A stretch of 32,000 nucleotides of DNA, from contig NZ_JAGIOS010000003.1 of the NCBI RefSeq assembly GCF_017876815.1, forward strand, positions 660,001-692,000, in the 5' to 3' direction. This document shows positions 19,446 to 28,154 of this stretch, piece by piece. The position numbers were made by a program, and so were the translations under genes. Positions within the stretch are counted from its first letter, which is position 1, and each line of letters opens with the position of its first letter. Under the pieces are notes generated by a model that worked only from the letters and a program-made list of their open reading frames with translations, did not search any database and was not told where the DNA came from. Source of the DNA: Sinorhizobium meliloti (lineage in GTDB: Bacteria > Pseudomonadota > Alphaproteobacteria > Rhizobiales > Rhizobiaceae).

Positions 19446-19776
19446 TTAGACGGAGATGGCGGCACCTATCGGTGCGGAAAGGCAGCGGCAAACGCGCTTG
19501 ATCTATTCTTGCGGCGTCACGACCATCCGGTGCGACATCAGAGAGCGCGATCGATATCAGAGGCTCGTCGGTGTCTGTTTTCGCGCCGACGGCCGCGAAG
19601 TAAATCGGTGGCTCGTCGAGAGCGGCAATGCTCTGGACTGGGTCCGGTACAGCCATGGCGCGTATGCGGGTGCGGAGAAGACAGCTCGGTCTGCGGGCAT
19701 TGACATTTGGCGCGGCAATTTCCAGCTTCCCTGCGAGGTGAGAGCCCGACGATTTAAACATTCATCGTCGTGTTGA
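19446..19776 (+). pseudogene. Thermonuclease (SNase-like) gene, 3' part downstream of the IS; contains a further frameshift
   Basis: Directly after the IS the frame continues from ...QKC as LDGDGGTYRCGKAAANALDLF. The family ending then appears in another frame (ORF 19456..19776): TIRCDIRERDRYQRLVGVCFRADGREVNRWLVESGNALDWVRYSHGAYAGAEKTARSAGIDIWRGNF. Confidence 0.65.
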
Positions 19777-20043
19777 GCGGCAGCGAGCATCGATGGCGAA
19801 GCCATCACCGAAAGACGCGGCAGAACGAGTGCTACCGTCGTCTGAAAGCATCAATCATTGCTTGAGTTACGTCTTCCGCATAGCAGATCGGCGAGTATCC
19901 CTGGTTTTGAGTAGGCACTCCTTTCCCCACGGCGTCGCCCACCACGGGTAGTGTTCTGAAGGTTCTGCAAATTCACTGAGAGAGGCGGTCATTGCAGGCT
20001 GGTGGTGTTCAACGTCACCTGATTCCCTGGAAGGAACGCCACC

Positions 20044-20544
20044 ATGACCAAGACTGAAGATAAGACAGCCGAATTCAGAGAGGCGCGCGTTATGCGAACA
20101 CTTGAAGATGGAGTAGGAACCGCAATTGAAGTTGATCTTGCGGTAATGCATCCGCACCAAAGGCGGGCCTACGCCGGCCCCGAACAGTATCGCGGTCCCG
20201 TCGAGGTGCGCGGCGTCCAAGAACTCGCCAAGGAATTGCCGAATCCTGCTGACCTTTGCTATCTTCGATGTCGAGACGGTGTTGCGGTCTCCGGCGATCG
20301 CGCCATTCGTTACGCAGACGCTTTACTTCGATCCCGCTTGAGCTGCGGCGGGCCGCCTGCGACGGCGACCGGCGGAAAGCAGAAAGCGCGCCGATACCAT
20401 TTCGAGCCATTGAAGCACGTCGGCGCCTCCCGCCATCCGAATTGGGAACAGGCATTCGAGCAAAATACCTACGCAAAGCCATCGAAGGATTTGCTCGCCT
20501 TGAGACCTCTTGCCGTCCCGGGCATTGACCGGTATTGCGTGTAG
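20044..20544 (+). CDS. Hypothetical protein (166 aa), no family recognised
   Basis: The ATG is preceded by ggaaggaa at suitable spacing. There is no recognisable motif, and an equally long antisense ORF exists, so coding status is uncertain. Confidence 0.25.
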   Translation: MTKTEDKTAEFREARVMRTLEDGVGTAIEVDLAVMHPHQRRAYAGPEQYRGPVEVRGVQELAKELPNPADLCYLRCRDGVAVSGDRAIRYADALLRSRLSCGGPPATATGGKQKARRYHFEPLKHVGASRHPNWEQAFEQNTYAKPSKDLLALRPLAVPGIDRYCV

Positions 20545-20571
20545 GGATGCTCAGCAACCAACGAGGACAAG

Positions 20572-20775
20572 ATGGCAACTGGCACTGTAAAGTTCTTCGC
20601 CCAAGACAAGGGCTTTGGCTTCATTACCCCTGACAATGGCGGCCCAGACGTATTCGTTCACATCTCGGCGCTCGGTTTTGGCGGTTCTCTTCAGGATGGC
20701 CAGAAGGTCAGCTACGAGCTGGGACAAGACCGCAAGACCGGCAAGTCGAAAGCCGAGAACGTCAGCATTCTTTGA
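20572..20775 (+). CDS. cspA: Cold-shock protein (CspA family, CSD)
   Basis: 67 aa: [31 protein letters not shown] carries the RNP-1 (KGFGFI) and RNP-2 (VFVH) motifs. SD gagga. Confidence 0.95.
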   Translation: MATGTVKFFAQDKGFGFITPDNGGPDVFVHISALGFGGSLQDGQKVSYELGQDRKTGKSKAENVSIL

Positions 20776-20793
20776 GTGCAGTGTCGGCTCGGC

Positions 20794-20828
20794 CCGTCTT
20801 GCGGCAATGTACATTTGCCGCAAGACGG
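20794..20828 (+). terminator. 14-bp perfect hairpin after cspA (terminator-like, no U-tract)
   Basis: CCGTCTTGCGGCAA-tgtacat-TTGCCGCAAGACGG begins 19 bp after the cspA stop. It is followed by ctactaac rather than a T-run. Confidence 0.45.
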
Positions 20829-21067
20829 CTACTAACATCGTAGCTCAAAGCGAAAAACGCGGGATCCCCCGCTTCCGTGATTGCATACCGGTCCGATGTC
20901 GCGCCAAATTGCTAGCAAAAGAAATTTCGCGAGCAAATCGATGGCGGAACTAACGACTACCGACATGGCGTTGCTCGACCGCGTCGCTGCCGGATCGGTC
21001 TCGCCAGGCCGGGTGATGAACACGGCGCCCAGCCCCATTTCAGACAAAGGGCCAAGAGTGATCAAGG

Positions 21068-22040
21068 TCAGACGAGGGCTGCCTGCCGCTCGTCCTCTGC
21101 GCCCTCAGGATTGATGAGGGCGTATTCGTCTTCCGCGTCCCGCTCAGGCGAAAGATTCCGTCGGCTTGGCCACGTTCGTAGAAGGTCTCCCAGGACATGC
21201 CGCCCTGAGTGTAGACGCCGAACAATTGCGCGAAGTCCGCAGCCGACATTGTGCTGTCGAGCAGATCTTTGGGCGGAGCGACGACTATGTCGGCATCATC
21301 CAGCCCCTTCATTCGAGCGGCGGCTTTCAAGCCACGCTCGAGCAGTGCAGCACAGAGACCTGCGATACGCTCATGAGATTGGCAGTCTCGCGCGCGAATC
21401 GGAGGCGCCTGGCCTCCCCACTCTCCTGTGTGGATTTCTCCTGTTCGAACATCCCGGCGCCGGCCATGACGGCGGCTTCCTTCTGCTTCTCGATCGCGTC
21501 CTCGTGCTTCTGGGTGCCTGAGCACGTCGACGAGACGTATTTCAGATCAGGCGTCATCGGGTCGCTGCCCATCATCTGGTGCACGACGCCGGCGCCGACG
21601 GTCTTCGGAGCCTCGCCATTGATGGCGACAAGCGTTTCCTGGCCGGACATGAAAAGCTGCCAACGCCAGTCCCCGGATAGCTGGTAGGCGTTGATGATGG
21701 CATTCGCGATGCCTTGAGCCGCTGGCCGCCGAGTGCGACCGGTTCAGTTGCCGTGACAGTGGTCAGGCCTTCGCCCTCATAAACTGTAGAGACATAGAGC
21801 CCGTCGACCAGAACGCGAAATTTCGGATTGTCCTTCCACTCAAACCCGTCTCGCTTTCTTGCCGCTTTCGTCCATGACGAAGAAATCGCGGTCCCAGTTG
21901 ATGATGCTGTTACCGGCATAGCAGCAAGGAACGGCTCGCCGCCCTCGGCCGGCGCCGTCGTCAGCACGCCATATCGGCCGAGCCAGAGCAGGTACCGCGT
22001 GATTCTGCGGTGGCGCCCGGCCCGACTCTGCCTTCTTGTT
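21068..22040 (-). pseudogene. Phage portal-like head-morphogenesis gene, heavily frameshifted
   Basis: Minus-strand homology hops between frames: GRYGVLTTAPAEGGEPFLAA / NSIINWDRDFF / FEWKDNPKFRVLVDGLYVSTVYEGEG / WRWQLFMSGQETLVAINGEAPKTVGAGVVH..DLKYV / GAGMFEQEKSTQESGEARRLRFARETANLMSVSQ / MSAADFAQLFGVYTQGGMSWETFYERGQADGIF / ERDAEDEYALINPEGAEDERQAALV*. The pattern resembles portal proteins of alphaproteobacterial prophages; the assignment is from memory. Confidence 0.5.
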
Positions 22041-22043
22041 CGG

Positions 22044-22187
22044 CTCATGGCTCTGGACGAGCTGCCGGCTCACGTCGACCCCGAACTCCTTCTTGACTGC
22101 GGCCGCCACGACAGATGGACTATCAAAACACGCCAGGGCTTGCACAATGTAGGTTTTCACCTCATCAGAAAGCTTCGCTTTGGCCAT
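22044..22187 (-). pseudogene. N-terminal fragment of a DUF2280-type phage small terminase subunit
   Basis: MAKAKLSDEVKTYIVQALACFDSPSVVAAAVKKEFGVDVSRQLVQSHEP matches the conserved DUF2280 N-terminus. Similarity is lost after ~48 codons, and the sequence runs directly into portal-like fragments with no large terminase gene. Confidence 0.6.
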
Positions 22188-22225
22188 TCGTCCGTCAAAG
22201 CCCCGTCAAAGAAGGAATCGCCTGC

Positions 22226-22471
22226 ATGGCTAAACACCTGATCAACCTTGAAGCTCTCGGAGATTGCGAGATCCGCGGTCACGCCATACCTCAAGGCACG
22301 TATCAGGGCGTGACGATTGATCGGCCAGATGTGAAAGCTGAAGGCGGCAGGGCGCAGGCCGTATTTTTGTCCCTTACCGCTGATAAATATGTTGATGCTG
22401 ATAAAGCTCTCAATGCCAGTTCTGTGAATGTTACTGACTTGATCCAACAGGGCCTCATCGTCGAGATTTGA
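22226..22471 (+). CDS. Hypothetical 81-aa protein, divergent from the phage remnant
   Basis: ATG 22226 (MAKHLINLEALGD...) is preceded by gaaggaa. No family recognised. The track ORF begins earlier (22115), inside the opposite-strand gene. Confidence 0.3.
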   Translation: MAKHLINLEALGDCEIRGHAIPQGTYQGVTIDRPDVKAEGGRAQAVFLSLTADKYVDADKALNASSVNVTDLIQQGLIVEI

Positions 22472-23149
22472 TCAGGCGACCCTGAGCTGGCATGTGCCGC
22501 AAGCGTGGGCAATAATCTTAGCCAGGGCTATCTCTGGCGGGCGGGAGCGGCATCTACGATCGCGCGGACACCAGCTGCATTTGCGCCATAGCGGCGAACA
22601 ACGCCGACGAACTCTTCCACGTTATGTCCGCGAATAGTGAAGACGGGCGCGCCACATGCCCGGCAGTATTCGGCATCGAGCGTGATGATGAAATCCGGGA
22701 CGAAGCCAAACCACTGCTTTACCTGCATCTCTGCTCGGGCGCGGGCCTATTTGCCATGGCGCCCTGAGGTTTTCCTCCTCGCAGTGGCCGATGATGCGGC
22801 GGCCCTTGCAGCTGTTCTCGACTACGGTCCAGAGAAAGCCGAGCTCGGCAGCCGGCCGGATGGGTGAAGAGACGTCCGATTCCCCATATTTCTGAATTGG
22901 GGCAGGAAGTGAACTTGCTCGAGGAAAAGAACAGCACCTAACGAGATGTGCTTTCCCGCACTGCCTGATGGAGCGAATAGCCCTTGGCCGCCCACTCGTT
23001 GATGAGCGCTCCCATGCCCGGCATACCCATAAAGCCGGAATCGTATTCAGTGACGCGGTAGAGCATCCATCACCTCTTGGCTAAGCCCGATGAATCCCGG
23101 ATAAAAGCGCACGAGCCATCACCACTGCCCTTGCTGCATGAACCGAACG

Positions 23150-23542
23150 CTATCTGCTCGTGCCGAGCATGAAGTGTGTCCGGTTTGCTTCTGGAGCCTG
23201 ATGGCCAAGACGAAGACGACGAGGTGAGAGGCGGACCCAATGGCCGTTGGTCACTGTCTGCTGCTCGGGCCAACTATGCGGCTTTCGGCGCGTGGCGTGC
23301 GTAACGCAGGTGATTGAAACGACATTTCCTTGCTCTTTGGCTTTGTCGCGAAGAGCATTGAAAAGAGCGGTGTGGATATGTTTCCGTCGATGCTCGGGAT
23401 CCACGTAGGAGAGCGTGATATCCCAGCTCTCCCGGCCGCAGTCGTAGGTGAGGAAGCCGATTGCCTTGCCGTCTTCACCGATGGGTACCACGCAGGAATC
23501 CGTGAAATCCGGCGGAAGGTACGGCCGGGCGCGCGAACCCAC
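23150..23542 (-). pseudogene. Possible GNAT-like acetyltransferase remnant (uncertain)
   Basis: IGFLTYDCGRESWDITLSYVDPEHRRKHIHTALFNALRDKAKEQGNVVSI resembles the GNAT motif A region, but the Gly residues are replaced (RRKHIH where R.GxG is expected). Upstream sequence (to about 23660) reads coding-like only in other frames, and the C-terminus does not match the family. Confidence 0.35.
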
Positions 23543-24131
23543 TCTCTTCGAAGTAAGTCACTGTCTGCGGCACCAACTGCCACGCTGGTGAATGCCCGTA
23601 ATGCTTATAGAAGCGGATGCGGTACAGGCCTCGGCGGTGGGCTGGGAAGGGATGTTCATTGACAATCCTCGAAACGAAAAGCCGCCACCGATGGTGAGGG
23701 GATGATTTGGCTGCGGCGACAGGCTTAGAAACTGTGACTCTGCCCGCTCGGTGCGCTTCTTCGAGCGGTCGCGGGACTAGTTATATGGGAGGCGGCGGAC
23801 GGCTGGCTGAGCGCTACCCTCTAGCCGCCTTATACAATGCGCCACTCGCGCTGGCCATTTTGGCTGAGGCTTTGTCCAACCATGTTAACGTTATTTAATG
23901 TGAGGAAGAGCCGGCGTTGCCTTCCTCGTACTCATCTGCATCCGCCGTCAACGCAGCGCACTCCTCGAAGTTCAGCCTCAGCAGGTTGACGAAGGCCTGG
24001 GCTGATTGGCTGGATCCGACCGTTTCCGCCAAGTCGCTCATCAAACCGCTACCCGCAGGCACTTTAGCCATCGATCACGTGGGCTAGCTGGCAAACACTC
24101 GGCAGCGTCGCTCTTTACGGAAGCTCAAGCC

Positions 24132-24575
24132 TTACGGGAGCGGGCTCAAGTCAGTCCTCTCCGCCAAATTGCCCGGATTCCACACGATCTCCCACAGATG
24201 GCCATCGGGATCGGTGAAGTAGCCCGCATATCCCCCGTAAAACGTCTCTTGGGCGGGCTTCACGATGGCCGCGCCCGCTTCGCGTGCCTGTTCCATGACT
24301 TCATCCACCTCGCTTCGTTGCGAGACGTTGTGGCCGATCGAGAACGATGTGCTGCTGGCAGGCGCTTTCGTCAGACCGCTATCGTGAGCCAAATCGTCCT
24401 GATCCCAGATCGCAAGTTTGACACCGTTCGAAAGATCAAAGAACGCGACAGCGCCATGCTCGAATTCGCGACCCACGATCCCTGGGGTGTGCAGTCCCAG
24501 TCCATCACGATAGAAAGCGAGAGACCGTTCAAGATCTGCGACGCCAAGCGTCAGCACAGAAATGCGGGGCTTCAC
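24132..24575 (-). CDS. VOC (glyoxalase/bleomycin-resistance/dioxygenase) family protein
   Basis: ISVLTLGVADLERSLAFYRDGLGL...GHNVSQRSEVDEVMEQAREAGAAIVKPAQETFYGGYAGYFTDPDGHLWEIVWNP. The GTG at 24575 is preceded by gggaga at 8 nt. The 115-codon upstream extension of the track ORF has no VOC similarity. Confidence 0.8.
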   Translation of the reverse strand: MKPRISVLTLGVADLERSLAFYRDGLGLHTPGIVGREFEHGAVAFFDLSNGVKLAIWDQDDLAHDSGLTKAPASSTSFSIGHNVSQRSEVDEVMEQAREAGAAIVKPAQETFYGGYAGYFTDPDGHLWEIVWNPGNLAERTDLSPLP

Positions 24576-24957
24576 GAGCAATTCTCCCGTAAAATAGTGG
24601 CTTGGCACATCCAGTTTCGCGCTGTCTTTGCGTCGACACAACATTGCCGCAGAAGCGCCGACCGTGAGCGGGCCTGTTATCACTGAGAGTTGTTTTTTCT
24701 TGGGCCTTGACGCTCCTCCGCCGAGTGTGAGCATCGCCAAGGCGAAATGAACACCCAACGCTCCGATGACCGCCATCAAAGCATCCACATGACCGCATTC
24801 TAGCATCACGCCGTTCGGCAGTGACGCGCTCACCGTGGTTGGAGAGGAAAAGGCACAGCTCTTTTCGAGGGCCGACCCACGCACCCCATCGCAAGTCCCC
24901 GCCAAATCCGCCGCAGCCATGCTGATCTGTCGCAGCAGGGCCCGATCGGAAGTGCTT

Positions 24958-25569
24958 TTAAACTGAACTGGGATAATCGCCGGTGATGAGGACGGGGCGA
25001 GAGGCTGGCTCTGCGCGCTTCTTTATCCGCTTGCACAGAAGGTTCGCGTTGACCCGATGTTCGAGCGCAAGTCTCGCTACCGATGCGAATGGCTCAAGGC
25101 AGGCCGCGACGAGGCGGTTCTTCGATGCGGGGTCGTATCGACATCGCCCGTGCCGACCTACAAGCCCTATCGGCAGTTGCTGATAATCGTCTTCCAACAT
25201 CTCGACGCATTGGCCGTCCGTGGCGATGACATATGACCATCCGCCGACCCTCTCATGCATGAAGGAGAGAGGCGACTCTTCAGTCCAGCCATGATTTCGG
25301 ACCCTGAAGGTTATCCTTCCCGGACGTGGAGCCTGCGCATCGGCGCGCCCCACAATTCCAGCAATCCTCTTCATCCAGGAGGCTGAACGTATGGCATCGG
25401 CATCGATCCGGAACCGGTCTTCTCCAGAGATCACTTCAACCGAACGGCTACGAAGTTCATTGGAGCGCGGCTCCTGTGTTCCGGCGGTAACTCGATGTGT
25501 CCTGTAGGAGAGCGACAGGATTTGGACATCCATGTCGCAGAATGCCGTATTCCAGCGATCGAACCGCAA
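24958..25569 (-). pseudogene. Chimeric ORF: AraC-type ligand-binding-like N-terminal fragment joined to an IS66/IS3-type TnpA (HTH_Tnp_1-like) fragment
   Basis: The C-terminal GRCRYDPASKNRLVAACLEPFASVARLALEHRVNANLLCKRIKK fits the pattern RRYs.efK..vV..cl.PGaSVa.vA..HgvNANLl..W of IS accessory TnpA proteins. The N-terminal RFDRWNTAFCDMDV... loosely resembles AraC_binding_2-type regulators. The start is TTG and there is no AraC HTH. Confidence 0.35.
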
Positions 25570-25667
25570 GTCGTGTCAGGTGTTTCCATGTCTACCGAAA
25601 TTCGTGCCATGTTCCACCAGCGAAATTCACGCGCTACCCGCATGACACAATCGAATACGACGACCCT

Positions 25668-26435
25668 CTAGAAGCCACCCGACAACACGACGGCCTCGCC
25701 GGTCATGAAGCTACACGCATCCGAGGCGAGAAAGAGCGCAGCGCCCACCATTTCGTCGGGCCTGCCTGCGCGGCCCATCCAGTTGAGCGTCCGGACGTAG
25801 TTCGACCATGCCTCAGGATCGCCGTCGCGGCGGGCAGCGTTTCGGTCCGTGTCGATGAGTCCCGGCGCAAGTGTGTTGAGTAACACGCCGCGGGAGGCAT
25901 AATCGCGAGCGAGGCTTTGGATCAGGTTATGCTGGGCTGCCTTGGTCGCCGCATAAATGGAGACGATCGATTTCGGCCGCAACTGGTTGATGCTGCCAAT
26001 GTTGACGACGCGGCCCCAGCCGCGTTCCGCCATAGCGGGCAACGCCGCCTGCAGCATCTCGACTGTAGAGCGAAGGTTGACATCGATCTGGGTGGCGAAA
26101 TCCTCCGGTGTCACATCGTGGAGCGCCCCGTTGATTTGCGCCGATGCGTTGATGACCAAAATATCCAGGGGACCTGCCGCGCCTTCAGCCGCCGCAATCA
26201 AGTCGCGGCCGGCACTGGGCGGCGAAAGCTCGCGATGGATCGAGACCGCGTCACCGCCGGCCGCGCGTATCGCCTTTTCGATCTCGGCCGTAGCGCCGGG
26301 CCTCTGTCCGTGCAGGACAACACGCGCGCCATACGCTGCATAGGCTTGTGCGATCGAGGCCCCGATGCCGCGGCTCGAGCCGGTCACCAGAGCTGTTCTG
26401 CCCTTCAGCGAAAATATGTCCTTATACGTGTTCAC
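25668..26435 (-). CDS. Classical short-chain dehydrogenase/reductase (SDR; KduD/FabG-like)
   Basis: TALVTGSSRGIGASIA (TGxxxGxG), NASA and YAATKAA (YxxxK). A GTG start is preceded by gaggga. The stop of the upstream gene overlaps that SD. Confidence 0.9.
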   Translation of the reverse strand: MNTYKDIFSLKGRTALVTGSSRGIGASIAQAYAAYGARVVLHGQRPGATAEIEKAIRAAGGDAVSIHRELSPPSAGRDLIAAAEGAAGPLDILVINASAQINGALHDVTPEDFATQIDVNLRSTVEMLQAALPAMAERGWGRVVNIGSINQLRPKSIVSIYAATKAAQHNLIQSLARDYASRGVLLNTLAPGLIDTDRNAARRDGDPEAWSNYVRTLNWMGRAGRPDEMVGAALFLASDACSFMTGEAVVLSGGF

Positions 26436-26444
26436 AACTGTCCC

Positions 26445-28154
26445 TCAGACGCCGAAGAGCGAGGTGGGCAGGCCGCGCTCACCGGGATTGCAGGCAAAAA
26501 TGCCGCCGGAGAGCGGTGCTTCCGTCAGCGTTGAGGCCGGGAGACGGGTGCGCGCACTGGTGATGAACAAAGTCGCAAGCTCGTCCCCGCCGAAGGCAAC
26601 GCTGGTGGGGCGCGGCACTGGCAGTTCGACGGCTCGATCCAGCCGGCCATCTGGGCGATAGCGGTTCACGCGCCATCCGTCCCAGATCGCACACCAGACC
26701 CCGCCATCGGCATCGACAGCAAGACCGTCCGGGCGCCCTTCCGCCTCGGGCACCGTAACGAAGACACGGCGGTTGGCGATGCTCCCCTCGCGTGCATCGA
26801 AGTCGTAGGCATAGATGATGCCCGGCACCGTATCGACGAAGTAAAAGGTCGAACTGTCCGGACTCCAGGCCAGCCCGTTGGCGACCGTGAACCCGCTCCC
26901 GGCGCGGGTTACTTCGCCGGCACTCGTAAGGCGATAAAGGCTGCCGGTCGGGCGGCTCACGTCGAGCCGCATCGATCCCACCCAAAGGCGGCCGCTCGGA
27001 TCGACTTTGGCGTCATTCAGGCGGTTTTCCGGCAACCCGGGTTCCGGCTCGGCGAAGGGGTTGAAGTCGCCGCGGTCGAAATCGAAGTGCTCGACGCCAT
27101 CCTGGGAGGCGACGATCAGTCCCTCATTCCGCGTCGGAAGGACAGCACTGACGAGTTTGGCGACGTTACAGCTCTCGTTCTTACCAGTGACGGGGTCGAA
27201 GCGGTGCACAGCCGGATGCAGGATGTCCACCCAATAGAGCCGCTTCTCCCTTTCGACCCAAACTGGCGCTTCTCCGAGCTGAGCGCCCCAGGGCAAGACG
27301 CATTGCACGTCGCTGAAGCCCCCCGAGCGCGTGCGGGGGCGTGGTCCAGAGCTGATCGCAACCGCCCCGACCGTGCCAGTGATCCGTCGCGCCGCCGCCA
27401 TCAACTCGCGCCCAGCCGGATGGATGGCGGAACTGTCGAGGCGGGAAGCCGGCCCAAGCACGACGAGTGCGCCGAGTGGCACTCCATCGCGCCCGGCGAT
27501 CGGAGCAGCGACGGAATTGACCCCGGCCAGATGCTCCTCGTAGGAAACGGCGTAGCCGCGGGCACGTGTCAGAACGAGATCGGCCTCCAGCGCCTGCGAA
27601 TCCGTGATGGTGTTTGGCGTAAATCGATCATATGTGATCTGCCCCGCCAGCGACCGGGCGAAAGACGGCTCCTGAAACGCAAGCAGGACCTTGCCGGCCG
27701 CAGTGCAATGAACCGGCACGCGCCGGCCGACCTCGATCAACACGCCCAAGCCACCGCTTGACCGCTCTTCCAGATAGACCACGCGCTGACCGTCCAGCCG
27801 GCAAAGCGCAACCGTCTCTCCGAGCTCGCTCGCAAGGCGATCGAGTTCGGGGATGGCGGCGCTGACGAGGTCGAATTTGTCCCACACCCGATGTGAGAGC
27901 TCGACAAAACGGTGGCCGAGCAGATAGGCCCCCGTGGTCTCGTCCTGGCGGATCAGCCGGAAGACCATCAGCGTCTTGAGCATGCGCGCAAGCGTTGGCT
28001 TCGGCACACCACTCATTTTCTGCAGATCGGCGAAGCGCAGCGGTTTCGGCGCCTCAGCTATGAGGTCGAGGAGAGCAAGCCCCTTGGCGAGCGCTGCCGC
28101 CCCCGCCGGCGCACCGCGATCCTCCAGCCCGCCTAAGCCTGCCTTATCGTCCAT
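26445..28154 (-). CDS. Single-ORF fusion of an IclR-family transcriptional regulator (N-terminal ~270 aa) and an SMP-30/gluconolactonase/LRE-like lactonase (C-terminal ~290 aa)
   Basis: IclR part: LAKGLALLDLIAEAPKPLRFADLQKMSGVPKPTLARMLKTL (wHTH), then the effector domain ...VPVHCTAAGKVLLAF...ITD...GYAVSYEEHLAGVNSVAAPI. After the linker SSGPRPRTRSGG comes the SMP-30 part: LGEAPVWVEREKRLYWVDIL...NDAKVDPSGRLWVGSM...ANGLAWSPD...PDGLAVDADGGVWCA...FGGDELATLFITSA. The 569 codons contain no stop. Confidence 0.85.
   Translation of the reverse strand: MDDKAGLGGLEDRGAPAGAAALAKGLALLDLIAEAPKPLRFADLQKMSGVPKPTLARMLKTLMVFRLIRQDETTGAYLLGHRFVELSHRVWDKFDLVSAAIPELDRLASELGETVALCRLDGQRVVYLEERSSGGLGVLIEVGRRVPVHCTAAGKVLLAFQEPSFARSLAGQITYDRFTPNTITDSQALEADLVLTRARGYAVSYEEHLAGVNSVAAPIAGRDGVPLGALVVLGPASRLDSSAIHPAGRELMAAARRITGTVGAVAISSGPRPRTRSGGFSDVQCVLPWGAQLGEAPVWVEREKRLYWVDILHPAVHRFDPVTGKNESCNVAKLVSAVLPTRNEGLIVASQDGVEHFDFDRGDFNPFAEPEPGLPENRLNDAKVDPSGRLWVGSMRLDVSRPTGSLYRLTSAGEVTRAGSGFTVANGLAWSPDSSTFYFVDTVPGIIYAYDFDAREGSIANRRVFVTVPEAEGRPDGLAVDADGGVWCAIWDGWRVNRYRPDGRLDRAVELPVPRPTSVAFGGDELATLFITSARTRLPASTLTEAPLSGGIFACNPGERGLPTSLFGV

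Noticed and set aside
23895-24071. 58-codon minus-strand ORF (MAKVPAGSGLMSDLAETVGSSQSAQAFVNLLRLNFEECAALTADADEYEEGNAGSSSH) downstream of the VOC gene
   Set aside because: No Shine-Dalgarno sequence and no recognisable family. It is below the ORF-track size cut-off, so there is insufficient evidence to call a gene.
24576-24920. Upstream extension of the VOC-family ORF (track start ATG 24920)
   Set aside because: VOC similarity starts at VKPRISVLTLGV. A good SD precedes GTG 24575. The extension is unrelated sequence, although a longer or secreted form cannot be fully excluded.
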